From: an uncultured Akkermansia sp.
Lineage (GTDB): Bacteria; Verrucomicrobiota; Verrucomicrobiia; Opitutales; Opitutaceae
Reading direction: 5' to 3'
DNA: 55,762 nucleotides
Assembly: GCA_964579225.1 (NCBI GenBank)
Contig: CAZOGV010000001.1
Location: forward strand, 1 to 55,762
Position 1 is the stretch's first letter, and each line of letters starts with the position of its first letter. A program made the position numbers and the translations under genes. Shown piece after piece: positions 1 to 10,574 of this stretch. A model generated the notes under the pieces. The model was not told where the DNA came from. It was given only the letters and a program-made list of their open reading frames with translations, and made no database searches.

Positions 1-1035
1 TTCGCGCTCACCATCCTGCCCTCGATCATTTTTTTCTCCGCGCTCACCACCCTGCTCTACCGCATCGGCCTGCTGCAAATCGTGGTCAAGGGCTTCGCCT
101 GGGTCATGGCCAAAACCCTGCGCCTCTCCGGCCCCGAGACGCTCAACGCCTCCGGCAACATCTTCATCGGCCAGACCGAGGCCCCGCTCCTCATCAAGCC
201 CTTCCTCAAAACCATGACGCGCTCCGAGCTGCTCGCCGTCATGGTCGGCGGCATGGCCACCATCGCCGGCGGCGTCATGGCGGTTTACATCACGTTGCTC
301 GGCGGCGACGACCCCGCCGAACGCGTGCGCTGGGCCACCCACCTGCTGACCGCGTCCGTGCTCTCCGCGCCCGCCGCGCTCATTATCGCCAAGATGCTCC
401 TGCCCCAGACCGAGCCCGTGGACGAATCCCTCGTGCTCAACGCCGAACGCCCCGGGGCCAACATCATCGACGCCGTCTGCATCGGCACCACCGACGGCGT
501 CAAACTCGCCGTCAACGTCGGCGGCATGCTCATCGTCTTCACCGCCCTCGTCGCCATGCTCAACGCCATGCTCTCCGGCGGCATCGGCGAATGGACCGGC
601 CTTAACGCCTGGATCGCCTCCGCCACCGGCGGCCAATACACCACGTTCTCGCTCCAATTCATCTTCGGCATCGTCGGCGCGCCCGTCGCCTGGCTCATCG
701 GCGTCGATTCCGACAACCTCCTCGCCGGCGGACGCCTCCTCGGCGAGAAGGTCGTGCTCAACGAATTCTACGCCTACTTCAGCATGGCCCAGATGAAGGA
801 TGCCGGCCAACTGCTCGACGACCGCACCCGCATCATCCTCACCTACGCGCTCTGCGGTTTTTCCAATATCGTCTCCATCGGCATCCAGGTCGGCGGCCTC
901 GGCGCCATGGCCCCCGAGCGTCGCGGCGAACTCGCCAAACTCGGCTTCCGCGCCCTCCTCGGCGGCAACCTCGCCTGCTTCCTCACCGCCTGCCTCGCCG
1001 GCATGCTCTATTCCGCTCCAGTCTTAACCCCATGA
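1..1035 (+). CDS. NupC/CNT-family Na+/H+:nucleoside transporter (5'-truncated by window edge)
   Basis: Frame is open from base 1 (FALTILPSIIFFSAL...). CNT motifs GQTEAPLLIKP, GMATIAGGV, NEFYAY, YALCGFSN. Confidence 0.92.
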   Translation, partial: FALTILPSIIFFSALTTLLYRIGLLQIVVKGFAWVMAKTLRLSGPETLNASGNIFIGQTEAPLLIKPFLKTMTRSELLAVMVGGMATIAGGVMAVYITLLGGDDPAERVRWATHLLTASVLSAPAALIIAKMLLPQTEPVDESLVLNAERPGANIIDAVCIGTTDGVKLAVNVGGMLIVFTALVAMLNAMLSGGIGEWTGLNAWIASATGGQYTTFSLQFIFGIVGAPVAWLIGVDSDNLLAGGRLLGEKVVLNEFYAYFSMAQMKDAGQLLDDRTRIILTYALCGFSNIVSIGIQVGGLGAMAPERRGELAKLGFRALLGGNLACFLTACLAGMLYSAPVLTP

Positions 1036-2378
1036 CTTTTCTCCGCCTCACCCCGGCGGCCCTCCTCCTCGTCGTTTGCGCCGGTATCCTCCGCGCGGAT
1101 ACGACCGAGCCCGCGCCCGCAGCCGCGCCCCCGGCCGACGCCCTGCCCCGCTGGCGCGAAAACCTGCCCGCCCTGCTCGACGCCATCCACGCCGCCCCGG
1201 TCAACCTCCTCGCCCACGAGTCGCCACACACCCCGCTCCCGCCGCCCGATCCCATCCTGATCGAAATCGCCGCGCCCCTGCTCCCCTTGCTCGAGCTCAA
1301 GCCCGGAGAAACCCTCGCCCCCGTGCGTATCCACGGACCGGAGACACCATTCCCCGATCACAGCCACCTGCGCCAGCTCGCCGGCCTGCGCGCCGTGCTC
1401 ACCCGCCACGCCCTCGCGGTGGACGAACCCGCCGCCGCCCTCGCCCACGCCCGCCAAAACCTCGCCCACGCCCGCGTCAGCCTGCGCACCCAAGAAGGCA
1501 TCATCCCGCTCATCCACGCCAACGGCGTATGGCAGGCCGCGCTCGATTCCGTGCATTCCCTCGCGCGCCACCCCGCCCTTTCCGAGGCCGACGCCCGCGC
1601 CCTGCTCGCCGAACTCCAGGCCGACTCCGACCTCGCGCAAACCGCGCTCGCCCGCGCCTTCCGCGGCGAATTCGAACACGTTTTCAAAATCGTCGCCGAG
1701 CGCCTGCCCGCCGCCACCGACGATCCCGATTATTTTCTCTCCGCCATCGCCAGCCTCGGCATGGCCCCGCCCGAGCCGCTTCCCGTCGGCGAACTCGGCC
1801 TCGGCCTCACCGACCACCCCCTCTTCGACCTGCCCGCCACCCTCGCCGCCGCCGAAACCGACCTCGCGCCCTACCTCGCCGCCTTCGCCGCCGACTCGCG
1901 CTATCCGCGCGGCCTCTACGCCTCGACCACCGCGCGCACCCTCGCCGGCCACCGCGAAGAACTCGGTCGCTTCTACGTTTACGCCATCGGCGAACTCGAA
2001 CCCACCCTGCCCAACCTCGCCCTCGCCCGCGCCGACCTGCTCGCCGTGCAAAACCCCGGCGGCAAACTCCTCCAGGCCTTCCTCACGCCCGCGTGGGACC
2101 CGCTCATCGTCACCACCCTGCGTCGCGAGGCCCAACGCTCCGCGCTCTGCGTTTTGCTTGCGTGGCGCATCCACGGCGAACCGGCCGACGCCGAAACCCT
2201 CGTCGCCGCCGGCCTACTCCCCGCTCCGCCCGCCGACCCCTTTTCCGACGGCCCCCTGCGCACCGCCCTCGGCCCCGACGCCCGCGTCTGGAGCGTTTTC
2301 GCCAACGGCACCGACGACGGCGGCCACCTCACCGACGCCAACTTCGGCCTCCCCGAGGACCTCGTCTGGCTACCCTAA
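1032..2378 (+). CDS. hypothetical exported protein
   Basis: ATGA overlap with the upstream gene. Signal-peptide-like N-terminus. C-terminal PxDPFSDGPL...VWSVFANGTDDGG motif typical of PVC exported proteins. Confidence 0.7.
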   Translation: MTFLRLTPAALLLVVCAGILRADTTEPAPAAAPPADALPRWRENLPALLDAIHAAPVNLLAHESPHTPLPPPDPILIEIAAPLLPLLELKPGETLAPVRIHGPETPFPDHSHLRQLAGLRAVLTRHALAVDEPAAALAHARQNLAHARVSLRTQEGIIPLIHANGVWQAALDSVHSLARHPALSEADARALLAELQADSDLAQTALARAFRGEFEHVFKIVAERLPAATDDPDYFLSAIASLGMAPPEPLPVGELGLGLTDHPLFDLPATLAAAETDLAPYLAAFAADSRYPRGLYASTTARTLAGHREELGRFYVYAIGELEPTLPNLALARADLLAVQNPGGKLLQAFLTPAWDPLIVTTLRREAQRSALCVLLAWRIHGEPADAETLVAAGLLPAPPADPFSDGPLRTALGPDARVWSVFANGTDDGGHLTDANFGLPEDLVWLP

Positions 2379-2390
2379 CGAAGCGACCCG

Positions 2391-3011
2391 GTGTAACCCA
2401 TTAGGTTACACGGCATCCGCCCGTCGCCCTCCCGTGGCCCGGGAGTCTCGGCATCCGTGTAACCCAATAGGTTACACCCACCCGAAAACATAACCCTTTG
2501 ATTTACCGCCTTCATGCGGCCCGTGTAACCCATTGGGTTACACATTGCCGACGCCTCGCCCCCCCGCCGCCTGCCGACTTTCCGGCATTTGTGTAACCCA
2601 TTAGGTTACACGGCATCCGCCCGTCGCCCTCCCGTGGCCCGGGAGTCTCGGCATCCGTGTAACCCAATAGGTTACACCCACCCGAAAACATAACCCTTTG
2701 ATTTACCGCCTTCATGCGGCCCGTGTAACCCATTGGGTTACACATTGCCGACGCCTCGCCCCCCCGCCGCCTGCCGACTTTCCGGCATTTGTGTAACCCA
2801 TTAGGTTACACGGTATCACCCCGTCGCCCTCCCGTGGCGCGGTGGTTTCCGGTATCGTGTAACCCAATAGGTTACACCCATCTGCCAGCATAACCCTTTG
2901 ATTTACAAGAATCATCCGGCCCGTGTAACCCATTGGGTTACACATTGCCGACGCCTCGCCCTCCCGCCGCCTGCCGACTTTCCGGCAGCCGTGTAACCTA
3001 TTGGGTTACAC
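2391..3011. repeat. array of ten 21-bp palindromes (GTGTAACCYAWTRGGTTACAC) with 45-47 bp spacers and 200-bp higher-order period
   Basis: Copies start at 2391, 2457, 2523, 2591, 2657, 2723, 2791, 2857, 2923, 2991. Spacers run A,B,C,A,B,C,A',B',C'. Confidence 0.95.
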
Positions 3012-3062
3012 GATTCGATTTTTTCACCCAACCGGACATCCCTGCCGCCAATCGCCAGACCC

Positions 3063-3953
3063 GTGCGCTGCTTCTATCACCCCGACTACTTTTTCCCGCT
3101 GCCCGAAAGCCATCCCTTCCCGATGGATAAATTCTGGCGCGCCGAGGCCATGATCCGCGCCGCCGCTCCCGCCCACCTGCGCATCCTCCCTGCCGAGCCC
3201 GCGCCGCTCGACGACCTGCTCCGCGTCCACACGCCCGCCTACCTCGAACAAATCCGCGCCAACACGCTCGACTCCGTCGCCGCGCTCAAACTCGGCCTGC
3301 CCGCCTCCGAAGCCCTCCTGCTCCGCTCCCGCCTCGAGACCGGCGGCACCCTGCTCGCCACCGAAGCCGCGCTCGCCGACGGCATCGCCGCCAACCTCGC
3401 CGGCGGCACCCACCACGCCTTCGCCGACCACGGCCGCGGCTACTGCGTGCTCAACGACGTCGCCGTCGCCATCCGCCGTCTGCACGCCGACCGCCCCGCC
3501 CTGCGTATCCTGATCGTGGATACCGACGCGCACCAGGGCGACGCCACCGCCGCCCTCTTCGCCGAAGATCCGCGCGTCTTCACCTACTCCATCCACGGCG
3601 GTCGCAACTACCCCGCGCACAAACAACGCTCCTCGCTCGACGTCCCCCTGCCCCGCCAAGTCCCGGGCCGCGACTACCTCGACCAGCTCGAGGCCACCCT
3701 CGCCCCCGCCTTCGCCGAGTTTCGACCCGACCTCGTTTTTTGGATCTCCGGCGCCGATCCCCACGAACACGACCGCTTCGGCCAGATGCGCCTCACCGAC
3801 GCCGACATGGCCGCGCGCGACGCCCACGTGTTGAACACCGTCCGCACCCACGGCGCGCCGCTCGTCGTGCTCTACGGCGGAGGCTACAACCGCGACCGCG
3901 AACACACCGCCCGCCTCCACGCCCGCACCATTCTGGCTGCTGCCAGAAGTTGA
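3063..3953 (+). CDS. histone deacetylase-family (Zn-dependent) deacylase
   Basis: HPFPMDKF, GGTHHA, GYC, DTDAHQG, GADP..D and GGGY motifs. Confidence 0.92.
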   Translation: MRCFYHPDYFFPLPESHPFPMDKFWRAEAMIRAAAPAHLRILPAEPAPLDDLLRVHTPAYLEQIRANTLDSVAALKLGLPASEALLLRSRLETGGTLLATEAALADGIAANLAGGTHHAFADHGRGYCVLNDVAVAIRRLHADRPALRILIVDTDAHQGDATAALFAEDPRVFTYSIHGGRNYPAHKQRSSLDVPLPRQVPGRDYLDQLEATLAPAFAEFRPDLVFWISGADPHEHDRFGQMRLTDADMAARDAHVLNTVRTHGAPLVVLYGGGYNRDREHTARLHARTILAAARS

Positions 3954-4076
3954 AGATGAAAGTTGAAGTTTAAGGCAACGGACACAGAGGGCTGCCTTCC
4001 AAATTGGATGCTCTGGAGGGCGGGGCAAAGTTTACCCCGACACGTCGGGGTCCCCGCCGCCCGCCAATCTCCCGCC

Positions 4077-4364
4077 TCAATCCTCGAAACGGAAAACGTA
4101 TTCCTCGGGCTTGGCGTAGCCCAAGCGACGGCGGATCACCATTTCCACGTAAGCCGGGTCGTTGCGCAGGCGCTCGAGCACCGTCTCCTGCTCGGCCAGC
4201 CTTAGCTCCACCTCGGCCAGCCGCTGCCGCGTCTGCGCCTCGATTTGCTGGATGCGACCGAACTCCGCCTGCGTGCGCATGAGCACCAAGGCCAAGCCCG
4301 CGATCACGCCCACCGAGACGATGGCGCAGAAAAGAAGGAAGATGCGATGGAGCCAGGCGGGCAT
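4077..4364 (-). CDS. septum formation initiator (FtsB/DivIC family)
   Basis: One TM helix, then a coiled coil, then DPAYVE..IRRRLGYAKPEE. Start chosen at ATG 4364. Confidence 0.85.
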   Translation of the reverse strand: MPAWLHRIFLLFCAIVSVGVIAGLALVLMRTQAEFGRIQQIEAQTRQRLAEVELRLAEQETVLERLRNDPAYVEMVIRRRLGYAKPEEYVFRFED

Positions 4365-4488
4365 GGGAAAAACGAGCGTTCCCAAGGGTCTGACGAATAC
4401 CCGCCCATCTGTAAATCACCGCGCGGATAAATCTCGGCGGCGGATTTGGCGTGCCTTGCCCCGCCCCCGCCCGCTACGTCTCACCCCG

Positions 4489-5307
4489 ATGTATCAGAGC
4501 CACTACGGGTTGTCGGAACTTCCGTTCCACATAACCCCCGATCCCAAGTTTCTCTACCTCAGCCCGACCCACCAGGAGGCGCTCCAGCACCTCAAATTCG
4601 GCGTGTTCGAGAAAAAGGGCTTCATCGTCATCGTCGGCGAGGTCGGCTGCGGAAAAACCACCCTCTGCCGCCAGTTTCTCAACGACCTCGAGGCCGACGG
4701 CCGTTTCGACACCGCGCTCATCCTGAACCCCTCGGTCAACGAGACCCAGATGCTGCGCGCCATCCTAACCGAACTCGGCGCCGCGCCCGTCCACACCGAG
4801 CAGCCCGATCTCCTCGGCCAGCTCAACCGCGTGCTCCTTGATCGCATCGCCGCCGGCCGCGAGATCCTGCTCATCATCGACGAGGCGCAAAACCTCTCCT
4901 ACGGCGTGCTTGAGCAAGTCCGCCTCCTCTCGAATCTCGAAACCGACAAGCACAAGCTCCTCCAGATCGTGCTCATGGGCCAACCCGAACTGAAGGACGT
5001 GCTCCGCCAGCCCGAGCTGCGCCAGCTCCGCCAGCGCGTGCTCGTTCACTACGAACTCAAGCCCCTCAACCGCCACGATCTCGCGCACTACATCCAACAC
5101 CGCCTCACCCGCGCCGGCAGCCAGGGCCGCCCCTGGTTCACGCCCTGGGCCCTGCGCGCCGTGCATGGCTACAGCAAAGGCATTCCGCGCATCGCCAACA
5201 ATCTCTGCGACAAGGCCCTCCTCTCCGCCTTCATCCGCGAATCCGACGAGGTGACCTGGTGGGACGTCCGCCGCGCCATCCGCGACCTCAAGAACCTGAC
5301 CGAGTAA
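4489..5307 (+). CDS. ExeA/GspA-family AAA+ ATPase
   Basis: MY..HYGL.E.PF.ITPDP, Walker A GEVGCGKT, Walker B IIDEAQ, GQPEL, GIPR..N.LCD. Confidence 0.92.
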   Translation: MYQSHYGLSELPFHITPDPKFLYLSPTHQEALQHLKFGVFEKKGFIVIVGEVGCGKTTLCRQFLNDLEADGRFDTALILNPSVNETQMLRAILTELGAAPVHTEQPDLLGQLNRVLLDRIAAGREILLIIDEAQNLSYGVLEQVRLLSNLETDKHKLLQIVLMGQPELKDVLRQPELRQLRQRVLVHYELKPLNRHDLAHYIQHRLTRAGSQGRPWFTPWALRAVHGYSKGIPRIANNLCDKALLSAFIRESDEVTWWDVRRAIRDLKNLTE

Positions 5308-5325
5308 CAACAACCATCACGCGCC

Positions 5326-6096
5326 ATGAGCCTGATCAACGAAGCCCTCAAAAAAGCCCAGCGCCAGCGCACTCTGGACAACGCCCCGCTCTCCGGCGCG
5401 CCCACCGGCGTGGCGGCAGCCGCCGTGACCACCCACGTGGCCGTCGCCACCCGTCGTCGTTCCTCGCTCGCGCCCGTCTGGTTCGGCCTCGGCCTGCTCG
5501 TTCTCGGCGTCGTGAGCACCGTGCTCATCATGCGCTACGGCTTCGGCGATTCCTCCGCACCGAATGTCGCGTCCGCCCCGCCCCCGGCCGCCTCACCCGC
5601 CTCCGCTCCCGTAGGCTTGAACGTGAGTTCAAGTCCGTCCCCGTCGCCCGCCCCCACCGCCGTCGCCCCGCTCCCGGTTCCCGCCGGCACCAACGCCGCC
5701 GTCGAGCCCCCGCTCACCTTCACCCTGCCCGTTCCGGTGCCCACCGCCCCGGCTCCCGCACCCGCACCAACACCCGCGCCGGCGCCCGTCGCGGTCGCTC
5801 CCGTCGCTCCGGCGGCCGTCGCCACGCCTGAACCAGCCCCCACGCCGGTCGTGCCGGTGCCGCTCTCCGCGCTCAGCGACTCCGAGCGCGAAGCCCGCAT
5901 CTACGCCTTTTTAAGCGAAATCCGCCTCACCGGCGTGCGCGGCCTCAACCGCGAGGCCCGCGTGTTGATGAACGAAAAAGTTTTCCGTCTGAACGACACG
6001 GTGGATGCCGACCTCGGCCTGCGCCTCAGCGGCGTTCGCCCCGGCCTGCTGCTCTTCACCGACGCCCAAGGCCGCACCTACGAAAAGCGGCACTGA
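5326..6096 (+). CDS. GspB/ExeB-like membrane protein with Pro/Ala-rich linker
   Basis: MSLINEALKKAQ start typical of ExeB-like partners. TM helix, Pro-rich stalk and small C-terminal beta domain. Directly follows ExeA. Confidence 0.7.
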   Translation: MSLINEALKKAQRQRTLDNAPLSGAPTGVAAAAVTTHVAVATRRRSSLAPVWFGLGLLVLGVVSTVLIMRYGFGDSSAPNVASAPPPAASPASAPVGLNVSSSPSPSPAPTAVAPLPVPAGTNAAVEPPLTFTLPVPVPTAPAPAPAPTPAPAPVAVAPVAPAAVATPEPAPTPVVPVPLSALSDSEREARIYAFLSEIRLTGVRGLNREARVLMNEKVFRLNDTVDADLGLRLSGVRPGLLLFTDAQGRTYEKRH

Positions 6097-6132
6097 GGCG
6101 GTTTTTATAACGAACGCATCCCAAAGCTCCGT

Positions 6133-6210
6133 CGTAAGGGCGTCGCAAGCGACGCCCGCGCACGCCGGACACGGCCCCGAACCCCCAACCTGGTCTTCGC
6201 AAGCGAAGCC
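6133..6210. repeat. degenerate REP-like doublet
   Basis: Hairpins GGGCGTCGCAAGCGACGCCC and GGTCTTCGCAAGCGAAGCC. The latter is the reverse complement of the unit at 46857-46875. Confidence 0.6.
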
Positions 6211-6256
6211 TGTTGCCCGGCCACGCCCGGCCCCTTCATCCAGCCCCTCCCGCGTC

Positions 6257-6919
6257 TCAACCCACCTTGAACCCCAGCGCCTCCAACTCGCCGAGTTCGA
6301 AGGGCGCGCTCGCCACCACTTCCTCCACTTGATCGAGCGCCGCCGTCAGCTCGAGCGGCGCGCCAGACGCGGTGTCGTCCTCGGCGTCGTGCAGGCTCAC
6401 CGTCCACCGCGAGGGCTCACCCGGCGTCACGTGTTCGACCAATGCGCCGCGCAGATAATTGCCGGGCAGCCCGAGGCGCGGTCCGGTGCCGGGCACGAGA
6501 AACAAACTGCGCACCGGATCGTGGATCGCGGATTCATTGTCGGTGCCCGCATGTTTGCGATGATGGATGGAACGCGCGACGCAGTGCGCGCGAAACGTCT
6601 CCGCCCGCTCCCGCAGCTCGGCGGGCAGCGAGGCCATGTAGCGATCAAAGATGTCGGCGTCGGGCTCCAGCGCGTCGGGCGAAATCTCGCCGGAGCGAAG
6701 CGCGGCCAGGTTGGCGGCGAGGAACGAGGGTTTGGCCGCGAGCGAGCGCACGGAGACGTGGCCGTCCTTGTAGTCCGCCGATGAATACACCTGATGCGCG
6801 GCGTGAAGCCGGCGCAGCGTGTCCTGGTAGGTCGGCGTGTGTGGCACCGCTCCCGTCGGACTGTGCTCGATGAGATCGAGCACGGTTTGATCCTGCAACG
6901 CGTGGGGGTCGGACGACAT
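6257..6919 (-). CDS. hypothetical protein
   Basis: 220-aa ORF from ATG 6919 with coding-like composition. No recognised motif. Confidence 0.65.
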   Translation of the reverse strand: MSSDPHALQDQTVLDLIEHSPTGAVPHTPTYQDTLRRLHAAHQVYSSADYKDGHVSVRSLAAKPSFLAANLAALRSGEISPDALEPDADIFDRYMASLPAELRERAETFRAHCVARSIHHRKHAGTDNESAIHDPVRSLFLVPGTGPRLGLPGNYLRGALVEHVTPGEPSRWTVSLHDAEDDTASGAPLELTAALDQVEEVVASAPFELGELEALGFKVG

Positions 6920-6987
6920 GGTTCCGTCACCGTATTCGCCCGAATCGGGAGACACGAGGGAATGTTTGGATGCGCCCATCCAAAGAC

Positions 6988-7018
6988 AAAAAAGGGCGGG
7001 CCCGATAAGGCCCGCCCT
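6988..7018 (-). terminator. rho-independent terminator downstream of tkt
   Basis: AGGGCGGGCC-loop-GGCCCGCCCT followed by a T-run on the minus strand. Confidence 0.75.
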
Positions 7019-7030
7019 GGATCACGCAAA

Positions 7031-7112
7031 TGTAGGGCGGGGTCGCCGCACCCCGCCGCGTCGCCTCGCCGGGTTCGCGCATGACGGCGGGGTGCGGCGA
7101 CCCCGCCCTACA
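7031..7112. repeat. GTAG-type REP doublet
   Basis: TGTAGGGCGGGGTCGCCGCACCCCGCCG (7031-7058) and its exact reverse complement (7085-7112). Confidence 0.9.
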
Positions 7113-7126
7113 TCGCCCCCCGAGCC

Positions 7127-9112
7127 TCAGAGGCTGCGCGCGGCGGCGACGACGGCCTCGGCGGTGATGCCGAGTTCCTTCATCACCGTGCCGCCCGGGG
7201 CGCTCATGCCGAAGCGGTCGATGCCGACCACCTTGCCGTCGAGGCCCACGAATTGATACCAGAGGCCGGTCACACCCGCCTCGATGGCGACGCGCTTGCG
7301 GCAGGCGGCGGGCAACACGCTCTCGCGGTAGCCGGCGCTCTGGCGCTTGAAGCGCTCGAAGCTCGGCATCGAGACGACGCGCACGCCCGCGCCGAGTTCC
7401 TTGGCGGCGGCGACCGCGAGGTGCAGCTCCGTGCCGGTGGCGAGCAGGATGTGGGTGAGTTCGGCCGTCTCGCGCACCGCGACGTAGCCGCCGTAGAACA
7501 CGCCGGAGCGGCGGGCCTCGGCCGGGATCTCGTTGAGAATGGGCATGGCCTGGCGCGAGAGCGCGAGGAGCGTGGGGCCGTCGTTGCGGCTGAAGGCGGC
7601 GGCGAAGGCGCCGGCCGTCTCTTCGGGGTCGCCGGGGCGGATGACGTCGAGGCCGGGGATGACGCGCAGGCCGGAGACGGTCTCGACCGGCTGGTGGGTG
7701 GGGCCGTCCTCGCCCACGCCGACGGAGTCGTGGGTGTAGATGTAGGTGACGGGCAGCTTGCACAGCGCGGCGAGGCGCATGGCGGGACGCGAGTAGTCGG
7801 CGAACACCAGGAAGGTCGCGACGGAGGGCTTAAAAATGCCGTCGTAGGCGATGCCGTTGGCCATGGCGGCCATGGCGTGCTCGCGGATGCCGAAGCGGAT
7901 ATTGCGGCCGGCGCGGTTGGCGGCGTCGAAATCCTTATCGGCGGCGATGTAGTTGAGGGTCGAGCCGTAGAGATCGGCGCTGCCGCCGATGACGAGAGGC
8001 AGCTTGGCCGCGATGGGCTGGAGCACCTGCTGGCCGGCGGCGCGGGAGGCGAGCTTCACGTCGGCGGCGAAGTTCGGGATGGCGGCGACGAGTTCCTCGG
8101 CGGTGATCGGGGTGGCGCGGCTTTCGAGCAGCGCGGCCTTCTCGGGATTGGCGGCGGCCCACTCCTTGAAGAGCTTCTTCCACTTCTTGTAGGTGCGCTC
8201 GGACTTCTTCTTGAGGCCTTCAAAGTGGGCGCGGACCTCGGGGCTGACGAAGAAGTGCTGGTCGGCGGGCAGACCGAGGCCGGCGCGGGCGGCGTCGATA
8301 AACTTGGCGCCGCCTTCGCCGTGGCCCTTGGAGGTGCCGGCGACTTCGGGGATGCCCTTGGCGATGGTGGTCTTGGCGATGATGATGTTGGGCGCGCCGG
8401 TGGCCTTCTTGGCCTTGGCGATGGCCTTGGCGACGACGGCGATGTCGTGGCCGTCGATGAGCTGGACGTTCCAGCCGAGGGCCTTGAAGCGCTTCACGAA
8501 GTCGTCGTCCTGCGACTTGTTGGCCATGGCGTCGAGGGTGACGTCGTTGGAGTCGAAAATGACGATGAGGTTGTCGAGCTTCTGGTGGGCGGCGAAGGAG
8601 ATGGCCTCGAGGGCGACGCCTTCCTGCATGCAGCCGTCGCCGGCGAGGGCGATGACGTGGCTGTCGAAAATCTGGTGGGTCTCGGTGTTGAAGCGGGCGG
8701 CGGCCATCTTGCCGGAGATCGCGAAGCCGACGGCGTTGGCGATGCCTTGGCCGAGGGGGCCGGTGGTGGCCTCGATGCCGGGGGTCTCGTGGAACTCGGG
8801 GTGGCCGGGGGTCTTGGAGTGGAGCTGGCGGAAGTTTTTTACTTCATCGAGCGGGAGGTCGTAGCCGCTGAGGTGGAGCCACCCGTAGATGAACATGGAG
8901 CCGTGGCCGGCGGAGAGGACGAAGCGGTCGCGGTCCGGCCAGCGCGGGGCGGTGGGGCAATGCGAGAGCGCGCCGCCGTAGAGGGCGGCGCCGACTTCGG
9001 CGGCGCCGAGGGGCAGGCCGAGGTGGCCGGAGTTGCTTTTATGGACGGCGTCCATGGCGAGGCCACGGGCCTGGTTGGCGGCTTGTGCGAGGAGGGTGAG
9101 GTCGAGTGCCAT
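7127..9112 (-). CDS. tkt: transketolase
   Basis: [46 protein letters not shown]. Confidence 0.98.
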   Translation of the reverse strand: MALDLTLLAQAANQARGLAMDAVHKSNSGHLGLPLGAAEVGAALYGGALSHCPTAPRWPDRDRFVLSAGHGSMFIYGWLHLSGYDLPLDEVKNFRQLHSKTPGHPEFHETPGIEATTGPLGQGIANAVGFAISGKMAAARFNTETHQIFDSHVIALAGDGCMQEGVALEAISFAAHQKLDNLIVIFDSNDVTLDAMANKSQDDDFVKRFKALGWNVQLIDGHDIAVVAKAIAKAKKATGAPNIIIAKTTIAKGIPEVAGTSKGHGEGGAKFIDAARAGLGLPADQHFFVSPEVRAHFEGLKKKSERTYKKWKKLFKEWAAANPEKAALLESRATPITAEELVAAIPNFAADVKLASRAAGQQVLQPIAAKLPLVIGGSADLYGSTLNYIAADKDFDAANRAGRNIRFGIREHAMAAMANGIAYDGIFKPSVATFLVFADYSRPAMRLAALCKLPVTYIYTHDSVGVGEDGPTHQPVETVSGLRVIPGLDVIRPGDPEETAGAFAAAFSRNDGPTLLALSRQAMPILNEIPAEARRSGVFYGGYVAVRETAELTHILLATGTELHLAVAAAKELGAGVRVVSMPSFERFKRQSAGYRESVLPAACRKRVAIEAGVTGLWYQFVGLDGKVVGIDRFGMSAPGGTVMKELGITAEAVVAAARSL

Positions 9113-9281
9113 AGGTGGAAAGTTTAAGGGTGAAGTTTAAGTTTAAGGGAACCGATCAGATGGACGTGAAAGATCAGGAGTAAAAAGGCGTAGCGCGGCG
9201 GGGGAAGCCCAAAGGGCATGAAAAAAGGTGCAGACCCGTAACAGACCGCCTCATGGGTCGGGTTTGTGCGGATGAAGACGG

Positions 9282-9364
9282 CCCAAGGAGCGGCGACACT
9301 CTTGTCGCCGATTTCCGGCGGAGGAGACGTGGTTTCGGCGACAGGAGTGTCGCCGTTCCTTGGG
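9282..9364. repeat. GGAG-type REP doublet (GGAGCGGCGACACTCYTGTCGCCG family)
   Basis: Inverted pair. Same family at 31049-31129 and as single units at 44686, 45521, 51838, 54540. Confidence 0.9.
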
Positions 9365-9374
9365 GGCCGCGCAC

Positions 9375-9402
9375 AAAAAAGCCCCGGGAAAACTCCGGGG
9401 CT
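9375..9402 (-). terminator. terminator after rplS
   Basis: AGCCCCGG-loop-CCGGGGCT plus a T6 run on the minus strand. Confidence 0.8.
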
Positions 9403-9428
9403 GAAAAATAAAAACCACGCGGGGCGGT

Positions 9429-9821
9429 TTAGGCTGAGGCGGCGGCGAGCTTCGCGGCCTTGGCGGCCTTGGCGTCGTAGCGCTTCACGTTGACCTGCAT
9501 GGCGGCCTTACCCTTGAGGCCGCGGAGGTGATAGAGGCGGGCGCGGCCGACCTTGGCCTCGCGATCAACCTCGATGCTCTCGATGTTGGGGGAGTTCACG
9601 GGGAACACGCGCTCGACACCCTCGCCGTAGCTGATGCGGCGGACGGTGAAAGTCTCGTGAATGCCGTGGCCCTTGCGGGCGATGACGATGCCGGCGAAAA
9701 GCTGGGTGCGCTCTTTGTCGCCCTCGCGGACCTTGGTAAGGACCTTCACGCCGTCGCCGACTTTGAAGGACGGGACGGTGCGAATCTGGGCGGCGGTGAT
9801 CTCTTGGATGATCGGGTTCAT
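9429..9821 (-). CDS. rplS: 50S ribosomal protein L19
   Basis: [40 protein letters not shown]. Confidence 0.97.
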   Translation of the reverse strand: MNPIIQEITAAQIRTVPSFKVGDGVKVLTKVREGDKERTQLFAGIVIARKGHGIHETFTVRRISYGEGVERVFPVNSPNIESIEVDREAKVGRARLYHLRGLKGKAAMQVNVKRYDAKAAKAAKLAAASA

Positions 9822-10507
9822 GACGTGTAAGGTTTTTCGAGTAAATCGGGTCGGACGAGGCGGGTTTTCTCCACGCGCTTTTCGTGTCGCCATTTTTCGA
9901 TTTCAGCATGGTTGCCGGAAAGGAGCACTTTCGGAACGGACTGACCTCGGAATTCGGCGGGACGCGTGTATTGCGGGAAGTCGAGAAACCGACCGGTGAA
10001 GGATTCGTGTGTCAACGACTTTTCATCGCCAAGCACGCCGGGGATGAAACGGGCGAGCGCATCAATGACCACGGCGGCGGGCAGGGTGCCGTTGGTGAGC
10101 ACGTAGTCGCCGATGCTGATTTCTTGGTCGATGACGGTGTCGCGGATGCGTTGATCGATGCCTTCGTAGTGGCCGCTCAAAAGAATGATGTGGCTCTGGG
10201 CCGAGAGTTCGCGGGCGATTTTTTCCGAGTAGGGCGCGCCGTCGGGCGTCAGATAAATGCGACGGCAACCGGGGGTCTGGAGTTGCTCGATGGCGGCGAC
10301 GACGGGCTCGGGCTTCATGAGCATGCCGGCTCCGCCGCCAAAGGGGCGGTCGTCGGCGGTGCGGTGTTTGTCGGTGCACCAGGCGCGGACATCGTGCACG
10401 CCGACGCCGAGGAGCTTCGACTCGATGGCCTTGCCCAGGATGCTCTCGGCGAGGAAGCCTTCGAGCATGCGCGGGAAGAGCGTAAGGACGTCGATCTGAA
10501 GCGGCAT
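9818..10507 (-). CDS. trmD: tRNA (guanine37-N1)-methyltransferase
   Basis: [36 protein letters not shown]. Confidence 0.97.
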   Translation of the reverse strand: MPLQIDVLTLFPRMLEGFLAESILGKAIESKLLGVGVHDVRAWCTDKHRTADDRPFGGGAGMLMKPEPVVAAIEQLQTPGCRRIYLTPDGAPYSEKIARELSAQSHIILLSGHYEGIDQRIRDTVIDQEISIGDYVLTNGTLPAAVVIDALARFIPGVLGDEKSLTHESFTGRFLDFPQYTRPAEFRGQSVPKVLLSGNHAEIEKWRHEKRVEKTRLVRPDLLEKPYTS

Positions 10508-10574
10508 GGGTGAAAACGAAAGCGCCCCGGATGTTAAAATCCGAGGCGCAAAGCGGAAGTTGAAGAAGACCTGA

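Noticed and set aside
2391-3011. Canonical CRISPR array
   Set aside because: Spacers repeat in an ABC cycle, the repeat is only 21 bp and almost fully palindromic, and there is no leader or cas gene in the window.
2512-3130. Small ORFs with CNPMGYT/VTQWVT motifs
   Set aside because: These are translations of the DNA palindrome array, with no evidence of coding.
7253-9127. Long antisense and alternative-frame ORFs (also 13058-15250, 25714-27855, 36192-38468 and many others)
   Set aside because: Shadow ORFs expected at high GC opposite well-supported genes.
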